A DNA stretch of 63,197 nucleotides, from NCBI GenBank assembly GCA_964558895.1, contig CAZLFU010000001.1, positions 1 through 63,197 on the forward strand. The letters are read 5' to 3'. Under the pieces are notes generated by a model. The model was given only the letters and a program-made list of their open reading frames with translations. It was not told the origin of the DNA and did not search any database. Positions 44,100 to 54,300 of the stretch are shown here, piece after piece. Numbering within the stretch: position 1 is the first letter of the stretch; every line of letters starts with the position of its first letter. Origin of the DNA: an uncultured Candidatus Peribacteria bacterium. GTDB lineage: Bacteria > Patescibacteriota > Gracilibacteria > Peribacterales > Peribacteraceae. Position numbers and translations under genes: made by a program.

Positions 44100-44414
44100 A
44101 AACACTGCAATGAATGCTTTCCGTAACGCTGCTGCTAGAGGACAGGAACTCGCAAGAGGATTTGTTCTTCAGCCAGCTATGGTAGCTTAGTTCGCCCTTG
44201 CGCGAACACGTCTCTCCTTTGATCCTCGCTAAGAGGATGAGGCGTCACTAGCGAGGTGGGAATACACTTGATGTGATGTATTCCGTCATACAGCATCAAC
44301 CCTCTCTTTTGTTCTTCGTCCGCTTCTTATAAAAGAGAGTATCGAAACGGACATGACAGTATGAGCACAGTGTCTACACGTTGGACCCGGGTTCAAATCC
44401 CGGCATCTCCACCA
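44100..44414 (+). repeat. 315-bp direct repeat, copy 2 (orphan tmRNA 3' fragment)
   Basis: Identical to 36781-37095. It lacks the tmRNA 5' part (no GGGGATG acceptor strand upstream). Confidence 0.9.
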
Positions 44415-44470
44415 CATTTAACCAACACACAATAAAGTGCTATCATCCCTATCCTATAATTCAATGAACT

Positions 44471-44989
44471 ATGTCGACAATCCGCTTTACAGCTACACCA
44501 TTGAACATAGGGTCATGGACTATTCTCGTGCTGCCAAAAACTGCAAGTACGAAGTTTCCGTCGCGCGGCATGGCTATGGCCGAAGGAACCATCAATGGTT
44601 TCCACTTTCAGACTGCTCTCGAACCGGACGGGAAGGGGAGTCACTGGTTCAAGATCGAAAAAGCTATGCCGGTAACTGCTGGAAAAGAAGTGACACTTGC
44701 GATCGAGCCTGTGAAAGAATGGCCCGATCCCAACGTACCCACAGATTGGAAGAGCGCACTTGCGGCCAATCCGAAGGTGCAAAAACTTTGGAAGGAAATT
44801 ACTCCGATGGCTCGCTGGGACTGGATTCGCTGGATACGAATGTCTAAAAACCCCGAGACGCGCAAGAAACACATTGTGGTGGCTCTTTCCAAGATGAAAG
44901 CGGGAGAGCGACGACCATGTTGTTTTAACCGTAGCATGTGCACAGAACCGGATGTATCGCAGAATGGAAAGCTCCTTGATCCGGCGTAA
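44471..44989 (+). CDS. DUF1905 + YdeI-like domain protein
   Basis: 'GSWTILVLPKTASTKFPSRGMAMAEGTINGFHFQTALEPDGKGSHWF' is DUF1905-like. C-terminal 'WIRWIRMSKNPETRKKHI' is YdeI-like. Confidence 0.6.
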   Translation: MSTIRFTATPLNIGSWTILVLPKTASTKFPSRGMAMAEGTINGFHFQTALEPDGKGSHWFKIEKAMPVTAGKEVTLAIEPVKEWPDPNVPTDWKSALAANPKVQKLWKEITPMARWDWIRWIRMSKNPETRKKHIVVALSKMKAGERRPCCFNRSMCTEPDVSQNGKLLDPA

Positions 44990-45025
44990 ACGACGGGCGG
45001 TCTCTTTCTATTGAGGGGACAAACA

Positions 45026-45616
45026 TCACTCATAACCTCTCTGTTGTACCGACGCTACGTCCAATGTTTCAACCTCAACAGTTATTGGAGTGGAGATATA
45101 CTCCATTCTACTTACATCTGCAAGCATGATCGTGGCGTCCTGTACAGTGAAGTGCTCGCCCCGAATGTGGCTGATATCTTTTGTAATTGCAGTTATGGTA
45201 TTGGCAGAACCACGGAGGTCTACAGAGGAATTGTCCTGAGTATTGACTGCGATAGCACTGAGAGAGACATCAGCTTCCACGTATGCGATATCTTGCGTCG
45301 TAATTGTCATGCTACTTCCCGAAAAGCTCTCGAGCCTGATGTACGAGCCATCCTCTGCAACGGCAGAATCGAGAGAAGGCATGGTTACATGCAATGTACT
45401 TTTACGGGAGAGACAAAAGATAACGCAGCGATCATTATTATCCGGGAGTGTTTGCAGAGACACTATGCCATTTTCGACAATCGGTTTGTGAGTTACTTGT
45501 GCGCGTTGAGTTCCTTCAAGGGTGACAGAGAATTCCGGTCCCTGCGTAACGAAGATCTGCTGAATTCCATTCGCAGAGACTCTAGTAAAATCCTCAAGTT
45601 CGAAAGACTCTTGCAT
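45026..45616 (-). CDS. DUF2807/GIN-domain-like beta-helical protein (tentative)
   Basis: Repetitive beta-strand pattern of the 'GPEFSVTLEG...' type. Confidence 0.4.
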   Translation of the reverse strand: MQESFELEDFTRVSANGIQQIFVTQGPEFSVTLEGTQRAQVTHKPIVENGIVSLQTLPDNNDRCVIFCLSRKSTLHVTMPSLDSAVAEDGSYIRLESFSGSSMTITTQDIAYVEADVSLSAIAVNTQDNSSVDLRGSANTITAITKDISHIRGEHFTVQDATIMLADVSRMEYISTPITVEVETLDVASVQQRGYE

Positions 45617-45664
45617 GATGAGATAGTATTTCTCCTTATGCGTTAAAAATCATATAATACGCCT

Positions 45665-46039
45665 ATGCGATATAAGAATTACAAAAGCGTAGATGACTAC
45701 ATCACATCACAAGAAACGCAAGTTCAACCGCTTCTTGCGAGTCTTCGTAGTATCATCCTCAAGGCAGCACCCAAGGCAGAAGAGGGCATCAGTTACAGTA
45801 TGCCAGGGTACAAATACATGGGAGTTCTCGTGTATTTTGGCGCATTCAAGCATCATATAGGTTTCTTTCCTGGTCCAGCTGCAATCATCAAATTTGCGAA
45901 AGAACTCAAAGCGTATGAGGTATCCAAAGGGACAATCCGATTTCCATTGGATGCCCCTCTTCCTCTCGACCTTGTGAAGAGAATTGTGCGGTACCGAGTG
46001 GAGCAGAACGAGGAAAAGGCGAAGAAAAAAAAGAAGTGA
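45665..46039 (+). CDS. DUF1801 (YdhG-like) protein
   Basis: 'VDDYI...LRSIILKAAPKAEEGISYSMPGYKYMGVLVYFGAFKHHIGFFP'. Confidence 0.7.
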   Translation: MRYKNYKSVDDYITSQETQVQPLLASLRSIILKAAPKAEEGISYSMPGYKYMGVLVYFGAFKHHIGFFPGPAAIIKFAKELKAYEVSKGTIRFPLDAPLPLDLVKRIVRYRVEQNEEKAKKKKK

Positions 46040-46135
46040 AACTCTAGAATCTTATTGAAATTCTGAGTACCTCTGTAGGTTGCCAAAGCTTTTGGAGCAG
46101 ACTCCTCTATAACAACAGCCCAATTTCGCACTCTC

Positions 46136-46522
46136 TTACGACCAGAGTGGCTTGTACTTCTCTTTGTTGATCCATAGGAAGTACGCATTGAGAACGAGCA
46201 AGATGTACGCAGGAATCGCAGGAGCACTGATAGTCGCTGCATCTAGGAATAAGTGGAAGCCAATTACATTCACCGTAAATGGTGCGAGGAGAGCTGCAGC
46301 GAGTGCAGTGCGATTCATCAAGAAGAGCACGCCACACACGAGGGAGAGCAGCGCAATCAATGGCATCATATATCCAGTATTCATGAGCGCAGACATAAAT
46401 GCCCAGCCTTCTGGTGAGTACATCTCTGCTGTTGGCTCAGGGAACAATTTCAAAGCGCCTGCTACTGGCATCAACAAAAAGAGGCCGAGAAGAATACGCA
46501 GAACCAAGTTGGTAGTTTTCAT
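46136..46522 (-). CDS. DoxX-like small membrane protein
   Basis: Four hydrophobic helices; 128 aa. Confidence 0.5.
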   Translation of the reverse strand: MKTTNLVLRILLGLFLLMPVAGALKLFPEPTAEMYSPEGWAFMSALMNTGYMMPLIALLSLVCGVLFLMNRTALAAALLAPFTVNVIGFHLFLDAATISAPAIPAYILLVLNAYFLWINKEKYKPLWS

Positions 46523-46620
46523 AGGGTAAGAGGAAGGAATAGAGGAATTGTAAAGAATGGAAAGGAGAAAGTCGATCGAAGGATTCTTGCCACTGGAAGG
46601 AGAGTGATATCATTTCCCAC

Positions 46621-47244
46621 ATGAGTGCTTGGCAAAAGGGGATCCTTGGCATTGGCATCGTTTTAATTCTTGGTATTGGTATCTGGGAGTACCAGTGGGA
46701 TTTTACCGTGATTTCGGATGTACTGAGACAGCATCCTTTTCTCGGTGCAGTTCTTTACATCGTTTTGCTCATTACGTCGGTTGTATTGCTACCACTTTCT
46801 TCATTGCCACTTCTTCCCCTGGCTGCCCATATCTTTGGCGTTTGGGTGACTGCGATCCTCAGCATTCTTGGTTGGTGGCTTGGGTGTCTTATTGCGTTTT
46901 CCATTGCAAGACGTGGAAGAGTGTACCTGGAAAAAATTGTATCGCTGGAGGCAGTGGATAGACTGGAGAAGAAAATTCCTGAGGATATCGGATTTGCGGG
47001 CATTGTCATCCTCCGCATGACACTCCCTGTAGACATCACCAGTTTTGCCCTTGGTCTCCTCAAGAAATTGCCATTTTCTACTCACGCCATTGCATCTTTT
47101 ATTGGGATCGTTCCCTTTGCATTGATGTGGAGCTATGCAGGTGGAGAAATTGCAGAAGGGGAGTACCTTCTTGCTCTCGTCATTTTCATCGTGATGACAT
47201 TTTTTGTAGTAGTCATTCGACGTGCATCGCGTCATCGTGATTAA
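46621..47244 (+). CDS. VTT/DedA (TVP38/TMEM64-like) membrane protein
   Basis: Multi-TM; 'LPLSSLPLLPLAAHIFG' is typical of the SNARE-associated/VTT domain. Confidence 0.55.
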   Translation: MSAWQKGILGIGIVLILGIGIWEYQWDFTVISDVLRQHPFLGAVLYIVLLITSVVLLPLSSLPLLPLAAHIFGVWVTAILSILGWWLGCLIAFSIARRGRVYLEKIVSLEAVDRLEKKIPEDIGFAGIVILRMTLPVDITSFALGLLKKLPFSTHAIASFIGIVPFALMWSYAGGEIAEGEYLLALVIFIVMTFFVVVIRRASRHRD

Positions 47245-47768
47245 AATTTTCGACTATCGTATGCCCAGTGTAGGAGTGCTTGTCGTTGTTTTTTCCGACA
47301 GAGAAAATCCCCTGGAATGCAGTTTCGTTGTATCTGGACGATGTGGCGCTTCATGGCAAGCCACCTGCGAATTTGCTTTTCATCCTCTTCTGGCATTCTG
47401 CGACCCATGTAGTACCGGCAGTACCACTGAAACCATCCTCTAGGATCTGCAGGGTGGATCCATCCTTTCCTTCTCCACTCAGAGAGTGGCTGGCTCGCAT
47501 TGATGCCAAACAAGTTGAGCTTTGGATCATGTTTCTCTGGGCAGAGCTTTGCATGTGCGAACCAATCTTTGGGAAATTCTTCTCTACAGTCTGTCATATA
47601 TTTTCCTCCAAAAACTCCCAGTTCTAACATTTCCTTTGGTGTGAGATCCGGTTTGAATCTTGGATCAAAGTTTGTACCCATTGGCGCGGTAAGCACATAC
47701 CGAGCAGTTTGCATCTTGTCTTTCACAGATACTGTGTATGGTCGTGCTTGGAGAGATTGTGTATCCAT
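47241..47768 (-). CDS. Conserved hypothetical protein
   Basis: Well-formed ORF ('GWIHPADPRGWFQWYCRYYMGRR'). Start set at ATG 47768. Family not recognised. Confidence 0.5.
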   Translation of the reverse strand: MDTQSLQARPYTVSVKDKMQTARYVLTAPMGTNFDPRFKPDLTPKEMLELGVFGGKYMTDCREEFPKDWFAHAKLCPEKHDPKLNLFGINASQPLSEWRRKGWIHPADPRGWFQWYCRYYMGRRMPEEDEKQIRRWLAMKRHIVQIQRNCIPGDFLCRKKQRQALLHWAYDSRKF

Positions 47769-48171
47769 CAATTCTGTAATTCTTTCATGATTGTAATCAG
47801 TTTGGCAACATAACCAAAGCCAACGCAATTTACTCCAAACATCCTCGTGTCCGCTGCACATGTTTGAGCGCGAAGCACTACATCAGTATTCTCCTTTCTA
47901 GCGCTCGAATGCCAAGTTGCGTAAGCAAGCTTGGTTGAGAGCGCGCACAGGTCTGTAAGAAAGAAGGATGGCTTTGCGCGAGCTTGCAGCGGACAAAGGC
48001 TTTTTGGTTCTTTTTAGCCTGTCCTGAGCTTGTCGAAGGGGCTCTCAAAAAGAACAAAGAGTATTGAGAAGCATGCTGCAACGGAGGTACCAGGAAGGAA
48101 ATTGTTTTGTATCACGAATTCTATTAGCTTAACTATACATGTGCGATTCTTCTCTTCGAGTGCTACTGTAG

Positions 48172-48777
48172 ATGTATATGGCCTTCTGTTCACTTCTTCC
48201 ACCTGGTTCCCAAAATATCCAATCGAAGCTGAAGAAGATCGAGGCGTATTCCGGCACTATTGCCGAGGCCCTCTTTGCTGGAGGATGCTTCTGGTGCATA
48301 GAATCTGCTTTTGAAGAGAAGGATGGCGTAGTAGCTGCTGTGTCTGGCTATACAGGAGGAGAAGAACAGCAAGCAAATTACGAGCAAGTTTCCTCTGGTT
48401 CTACCAAGCACTACGAAGCAGTGCTCGTTGTGTACGATCCCGAAAAAGTGTCCTACAAGGAGCTTGTAGACTACTTCTGGAAACAGATTGATCCTACCGA
48501 TGAGTATGGTCAATTTGCGGACAAGGGACATCAATACCGTACCGCACTACTATATTTTTCTGATGAGCAGAAGAGGATTGCAGAAACTTCCAAACAGGAA
48601 CTAGAAGCCTCTGGAAAATTTTCGAAACCAATTGCAACCACTATTCTTCCTGCAACTCCTTTCTATCCTGCCGAGGAATATCATCAGGACTACTCTAAAA
48701 ATAATCCTATTCGTTACTACGCGTACCGCACAGGTTCTGGTCGTGAAGGTTTTTTGAAGGAGACGTGGGGTCGATAA
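48172..48777 (+). CDS. msrA: Peptide methionine (S)-sulfoxide reductase
   Basis: 'LFAGGCFWCIESAFE', 'GYTGG', 'HYEAVLVVYDP', 'DPTDEYGQFADKGHQYRTA'. The exact start is uncertain. Confidence 0.9.
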   Translation: MYMAFCSLLPPGSQNIQSKLKKIEAYSGTIAEALFAGGCFWCIESAFEEKDGVVAAVSGYTGGEEQQANYEQVSSGSTKHYEAVLVVYDPEKVSYKELVDYFWKQIDPTDEYGQFADKGHQYRTALLYFSDEQKRIAETSKQELEASGKFSKPIATTILPATPFYPAEEYHQDYSKNNPIRYYAYRTGSGREGFLKETWGR

Positions 48778-48799
48778 AAACAAGGCGAGTTTTTTTGTT

Positions 48800-49090
48800 T
48801 TACCTTCTCAATAAGCTTTTTATTCTTCCTAAGAATCCTGCTTTTTTTGACATGATTCCAATCTGTACCAAGTGCGCCTCTAGAGCTCTTCTATGGTCTT
48901 CACTGAGTGGAGAATCTGATTTATCAAAAGCAGCAATAAGTATCCTGTCTTCAGCATCACTTCTTTCGAGAACCCCTGGTTGTTGCTGACGAAATTTCTC
49001 TCTGGCTTGCGAAACATCTGGATGATAGCGTAGTAGTTCACTTGCTTCGCCATATGTACGTGGCAGTGGAATTGAAGTTATAGTTTCCAT
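48800..49090 (-). CDS. Hypothetical protein (96 aa)
   Basis: ORF only. Confidence 0.35.
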   Translation of the reverse strand: METITSIPLPRTYGEASELLRYHPDVSQAREKFRQQQPGVLERSDAEDRILIAAFDKSDSPLSEDHRRALEAHLVQIGIMSKKAGFLGRIKSLLRR

Positions 49091-49284
49091 TGATTAGATA
49101 TAGAGAAGATACGCACACTTTTTATAACAGGTATCGTTTTTGATCAATATAGAGTATGAAGGTGATTGCACTGTTTGTTCATATTCTGAACATCAAATAG
49201 ATTTGTTCTGAGAACTATTCATAAGCAAATAACAAACATAGAATTGTATAGTCAAATAATTTTACAATTTGACAGAAGTAAATT

Positions 49285-50403
49285 CTATAGTTTTATAACT
49301 TTGAACGTCTCAAGGAGGCGATCAAATTCACGTTCTACCTTGGGGTCACTTTTTCCACAATTTGCTGTGAGACGGAAGAGGGAAGTATCGGTAAGGATCA
49401 GAGCCTTCTTAGAAACACAGTTTGCACCTTTTTCCTCATAGACCACAGTAAACGTAGTATTTGTTTCCCTATCAGAGAGAATGGTAACAGAGGTATCTAC
49501 CACTAGACCACCTACGGCATCATCCCAAATTTCGGGATCATATCCATCGATGAAGTAATCTCGTTCGATCACTTCGCCGTATCCTGTTGTCTCGTACTTG
49601 GGTCCGAGATAGAGCCTCCACAGAGAGCGTGCATAGGGAGATCTCTCGTCGTAGACACCACGTCCAAGGTAGATAGGTTCGCCCCATTGGCTGGGATACA
49701 AAAGTTGAAAACCATGTGTGGTATTGGAATAGGAAGAGAGGGGAGATTGTGTCACCAAGTCGGAATATGTTCGATAGCCTGTTGGATCTTCTGTTCGATT
49801 TGTATCCCACAGACGATAGATCATCTCTGCCATTTCTCCACGACGCACTGGTTGTTCGAAGGAAACGATACTTGGGGGAATGGCTTTCAGATCTTCCAAT
49901 GTTTTGACGTATGGTCGGTACCAGAGCTCGTTTAATTCTCCCAGGTTTGGCAGGTTTACGACATTGAGGTGAAAGGCGATGGAGAGAATTTTTGCAGCTT
50001 CTACGATAGAAATGCGCTGCTCCGGGCGAAATGTTCCATCCAAGTAGCCTCCTATAAGTCCAAACATTTGCGCTGTGCAGATACTTGGTCCGTACCAAGC
50101 ATCGTAGTCGATATCAAAAAAATGTAATTTCTCGTAGAGCGCTGTGTTGTTTTTAAAATCTGGTACACACTGTGCTATCACATGATAGGGGTACATCATG
50201 GACACAATAATTTTGGTAAATTCTGCACGATTGATTATCGCATCTGGTTTAAAAGTGCGATCGTTATAGCCACTGACAACTTGCTTTTCTTCAAGGAAGC
50301 GTATGGCATCTCGGTACGGGTAGTCATCATCCACATCTGCAAACTTGGCGTGTGCAGTAGGGGCAAACAGTACCAAGAGAAGAAGAAGTGCTCGCAAACT
50401 CAT
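49285..50403 (-). CDS. Secreted protein with two N-terminal SLH (S-layer homology) domains
   Basis: Signal peptide 'LLLLLVLFAPTAHA'. 'FADVDDDYPYRDAIRFLEEKQVVSGYNDRTFKPDAIINRAEFTKII' and a second 'GYLDGTFRPEQRISIVEAAKIL'. Confidence 0.65.
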   Translation of the reverse strand: MSLRALLLLLVLFAPTAHAKFADVDDDYPYRDAIRFLEEKQVVSGYNDRTFKPDAIINRAEFTKIIVSMMYPYHVIAQCVPDFKNNTALYEKLHFFDIDYDAWYGPSICTAQMFGLIGGYLDGTFRPEQRISIVEAAKILSIAFHLNVVNLPNLGELNELWYRPYVKTLEDLKAIPPSIVSFEQPVRRGEMAEMIYRLWDTNRTEDPTGYRTYSDLVTQSPLSSYSNTTHGFQLLYPSQWGEPIYLGRGVYDERSPYARSLWRLYLGPKYETTGYGEVIERDYFIDGYDPEIWDDAVGGLVVDTSVTILSDRETNTTFTVVYEEKGANCVSKKALILTDTSLFRLTANCGKSDPKVEREFDRLLETFKVIKL

Positions 50404-50506
50404 GGATAGCAGTATAGCAGGTTCTCCTCACTTCTCGGGTGCAGGTGCATGTGGCAGAAAAGTGCAGTCTGTTGTACGATGGCACTATCTTTTTCCTTCA
50501 TGCGCT

Positions 50507-50701
50507 ATGGATCAGAAAGAAATTGAAAAACGAGTAGCAGAGTTCCTGAAATCACTGGGAGTTCCCGCTTTCATCATTTTTGGATGGCAGAAGGCAGATA
50601 AAGAATTTGGCGTGGTATCCTCTCAGCACAAAATGCCACCCAAGGTAGCAATCAAAGGAATTTCCTGGGCGTTGAATGATGTGATTAATCGGAATCTTTA
50701 A
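50507..50701 (+). CDS. Hypothetical small protein (64 aa)
   Basis: ATG at 50507. The upstream part of the track ORF overlaps the SLH gene start. Confidence 0.35.
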   Translation: MDQKEIEKRVAEFLKSLGVPAFIIFGWQKADKEFGVVSSQHKMPPKVAIKGISWALNDVINRNL

Positions 50702-50800
50702 GTGAGTAGGCTGGTAGGTGGTAGGAAAGTAGGAAGTAGGTTTTTCGCTTTTTGAAATTACTACTTGTCTACAATCTACCTGCCTACCAGCCCTACTCAC
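50702..50800. terminator. Long imperfect palindrome between convergent genes (bidirectional terminator / REP-like)
   Basis: gtgagtaggctggtaggt (50702-19) pairs with cctaccagccctactcac (~50783-800). The arms are built from GTAGG / CTAC iterations. Confidence 0.55.
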
Positions 50801-50807
50801 CTACCTG

Positions 50808-51215
50808 CTAAACATGTTTCTCTCTATTGAGTAATTCCTTCACCAGCCAGTTGCCGATTCCAAATGCGGAGGCGATGACTATCCAGCCCCAGAGGCCGCC
50901 AAAAATTTCAAAACTGATGAGCTCTGGATCCATTTGAATGACAATCAAATGTGTAATCCATACGAAAATACCATTCACAATAATGACAGCGAGCAGCCTT
51001 GCAAAAATTTTGAGAGGTAGAGTGAGAAGATCCAATACAGGACGTACAAACAAGTTCATCAATGTAAGGAGTGATCCTACAATGACGTACGCAGCTGCGC
51101 CTCCTGTAAGTTGAAAGTACTTATCCAAAAATCGCGCAAGCAACCACACCAGCAGCATGTTGAGCAGCACTGTGAGAAGAATCTTAAGCGGGAGAGAGAT
51201 GCCTTCACCTTTCAT
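50808..51215 (-). CDS. Phage-holin-IV/DUF360-like 4-TM membrane protein
   Basis: 'LLTLMNLFVRPVLDLLTLPLKIFARLLAVIIVNGIFVWI...GLWGWIVIASAFGIGNWLV'. Start at ATG 51215. Confidence 0.6.
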   Translation of the reverse strand: MKGEGISLPLKILLTVLLNMLLVWLLARFLDKYFQLTGGAAAYVIVGSLLTLMNLFVRPVLDLLTLPLKIFARLLAVIIVNGIFVWITHLIVIQMDPELISFEIFGGLWGWIVIASAFGIGNWLVKELLNREKHV

Positions 51216-51250
51216 TACGAAGAGTGTAGCAGAAAAAAGAATTTGGACTA

Positions 51251-51367
51251 CCCTCACCCCAACCCTCTCCCGTCACGGGAGAGGGAGCACTATTGCTGGA
51301 CTAATAATACGTATTAGTAAAATAGTGCACCCTTCTCCCTCACAGGGAGAAGGGACGGGGATGAGGG
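51251..51367. repeat. REP-like nested palindrome (same family as the core of 27871-27977)
   Basis: ccctcacccc...ggggatgaggg is the outer pair. Inner hairpins are ccctctcccgt-cac-gggagaggg and cccttctccct-cac-agggagaaggg. gcactatt/aatagtgc and ctaata/tattag are central. Confidence 0.7.
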
Positions 51368-51376
51368 CAGTCCCTA

Positions 51377-54300
51377 TTACTTCTTCTCAAACGCAATCAC
51401 GACTTTTCGCCCATCCAAATCTACTTCGGTCTTCTCCCCTTTATTAGCTCCCAATTGAGATTTGGTTTCCTGTGTAATCATCTCTTCGTATTCTGCAAGT
51501 ACATCATCTGCACCCTCGATGGTCAGGAGGACTGTATCGGTAAATTGGAATCCGCGCTCTTTTCGCAAACGTTGAATAGATCGAATGATATCTCTCGCTA
51601 TCCCCTCTGTTTCCAAGGTTTGCGAAATTTCTGTATCTAGACTCACTACAATGCCACGATCTGCAGCAATGTCCTGCCCTTCTTTTCCTCGGTACATCAC
51701 CTGTGCTTCTTCCGGGCTCAAGACTTCATCCAGAATCAAAATGGAGCCGTCGTCCTGTACGGTATAGTTACCAGCCTTTCCTGCTTGAATAATTTCCTGC
51801 ACTCGTGCACCCAGGCGAGGACCAACCTTGCGTGCGTCTACCTGCATAATCGCTTCTGCAAGCGTTTCTGGGTCATTGGAAAATTCAATATCCTTCACAT
51901 TGAGTTCCTGCATAAGTACTTGCAAATCTTCTTCTCCAAATCGAACCTGGCTTAACTGACTTGGGGGAATAGCCACAACTGCTTTTTGTAATGGCTGCCT
52001 TATTTTCACTGTTTTCTCCGAGCGGATTTTATTACCCAGAGACACGATCAATCTTTGTAAGCGTGTCTTCTCCAGCAAAGCATGTTCTTCTGCATTTAGC
52101 TCTCGCGTTGCAGGCCAGTCGGTAAAGTGAATGGAACCATGTTCATCTGGAACCAAGTTGAGATAAATTCCCTCTGTAATGTAGGGGCAGAAGGGAGCGA
52201 GTAACTGCGAAATAGTGAGGAGCACGTCGTACAATGTATGCAGTGCATCCTGTCTTTCCTCAGGATTTTCTTTTCCTGCAAAGCGTCTCCTCGAAAGACG
52301 CACGTACCAGTTGGTGAGTGCATCGATCGTTTCGTGTAGTTCGTTGCAAGTGGCAGAGAGGTCGTACGCATCTAGCTCCTTTGTCATACGATTCACTAAA
52401 TCTTGTACCTCAGCGCGAATCCACAAATCAAGCGGGTGTGTAGAATGCTTCCTATTATCTATTGGCTCAAAAGAGCAGGCGTTTGCATACGTTACGAAGA
52501 AGCTATACGTATTCCATAGTGGCAGCAAAACTGCTCGCAGGGATTCCTCTACCAACTTTTCCGAAATCCGTAGATCTTCTGCACGCACCGCAGGGGAACT
52601 CATAAGGGTAAAGCGGATGGCATCTGCACCGTACTTATTGGCAAGCTCCATAGGATCTGGATAATTCTTGAGGCGCTTACTCATCTTCTTACCATCTTCT
52701 GCCAGTACGATTCCATTGACAACACAGTGCTGAAAAGGGGATTCATCGAAGAGTGCAGCCCCCAAGACTGTAAGCGTATAGAACCAACCACGCGTTTGAT
52801 CTGTTCCTTCTGCAATGAAATCCGCAGGGAACCCCTCTGGCTTGGTTAAACCTTTGTGCTTGAGTTCAAAAGGAAAATGCTGCTGTGCATAAGGCATGGA
52901 GCCAGATTCAAACCAGCAGTCGAAGACTTCTGGAATGCGTTTAAAGTGAGGATGTACTATGCACTCGTAGATTGTTGCATTTTCTACAGCTGCATCCACT
53001 CCTTCCCTGTACGACAAATTTTCTAGGAGCGTGCGCATTGCTTGTACATATCCACCATGTCCAACGATGAGTACTTTTTTCCCTGCATATTCTCTTAAGA
53101 GTGTATTGAGAAAATTCTGTGTACGTTGCAAAAATGCAGAGACACTTTCACCTTTTGGCGGAATGACGGGATGGAACGCAAAGCTCTTCATGGGAATATT
53201 CGTAAGTTTATTTTCCACTTCTGAATGTAACTTCCCCTGCCACTGACCGAAGTTTCTCTCTCGTAGTATTTCCAGCTGTTTTGCATCTGTAAGCCCGAGT
53301 GATTTGGTAATAATCTCTGCTGTTTGAACTGTTCGATCCAAATCTGAACAAAGGCAGACATCAAACTCTTTCCCTTTTAGTTTTGCAGCAGCTTTTGCTG
53401 CTTGCTCTTTTCCTACATCAGTCAACTGAGGAGACGTTTCTTGACCTTGAATGCGACCATCTTTATTCCATGTACTCTCTCCATGTCGTACAAAGGTCAC
53501 TTCTACACTTTTCTTCGACTGTGAACTTGGGAAGACGATATCATCGATACTATGTTTATGAAGATCCATCTGCGCTCGTTTATCGTGATCCCAAAAGAAC
53601 GTGTAGGGAGTAGCATAGTATGGGTATGGCTGATGCGATAATTTAACAGGGTCTTCCTGTGTAAAGAAGTGGCGAATGTTTTGGAGAGGGTCTGCATGGG
53701 TGACTACCACCACGTGTTCACTACGATGCTTGGGCAGAATTTCCTCCATAAAATTCGACATGCGCTTGTAAACGTTTTCCCATGTTTCCATTCCTTCAAA
53801 ATGATAGATGCTTTCTGGCTGGTTTTTGGCAAGCTTATGAGCGCGACGTGCTTTGAGGAATGTAAGATCATTAAAGTCCACACTCTTTCCTTCGTGCTTA
53901 CCAAATTCCACTTCTCGCAATCTCTCGTCGATGACAATCTCTGCGCCTGTCGCTTTCGCGATAGCTTCTGCAGTTTGCAGTGTTCGTGCCATCGGTGAAC
54001 AGTAGATGATATCAACCTTCTCATTCTCAAACATGGTGGTAGCGTGTTCTGCCTGCTCTCTTCCGCGATCAGTCAAATTTGTCCCTGGGAGTTCTCCTTG
54101 ATAAATGGGAATCAGATTTCCTTCGCTCTCGCCATGTCGCAAAGCTGTCAGTTTGGTGAAGCGAATTTTTTTCTGTTGCATGAGGGCATCTCTGCTCCCA
54201 AGAATCGTGATGTCTCCAGAGTCTTCCTCTCGCCAGAGAGGGAGGGGAGTACCCCAGTACCTATTGCGGGAGATGGCCCAATCGCGTGCGCCTTCCAACC

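Larger units (their letters stand above)
37096..44414 (+). mobile_element. tmRNA-associated ~7-kb segment bounded by 315-bp direct repeats (island-like; no integrase present)
   Basis: A perfect duplication of the tmRNA 3' part flanks six genes plus an IS. tmRNA 3' ends are classical island integration sites. Confidence 0.45.
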
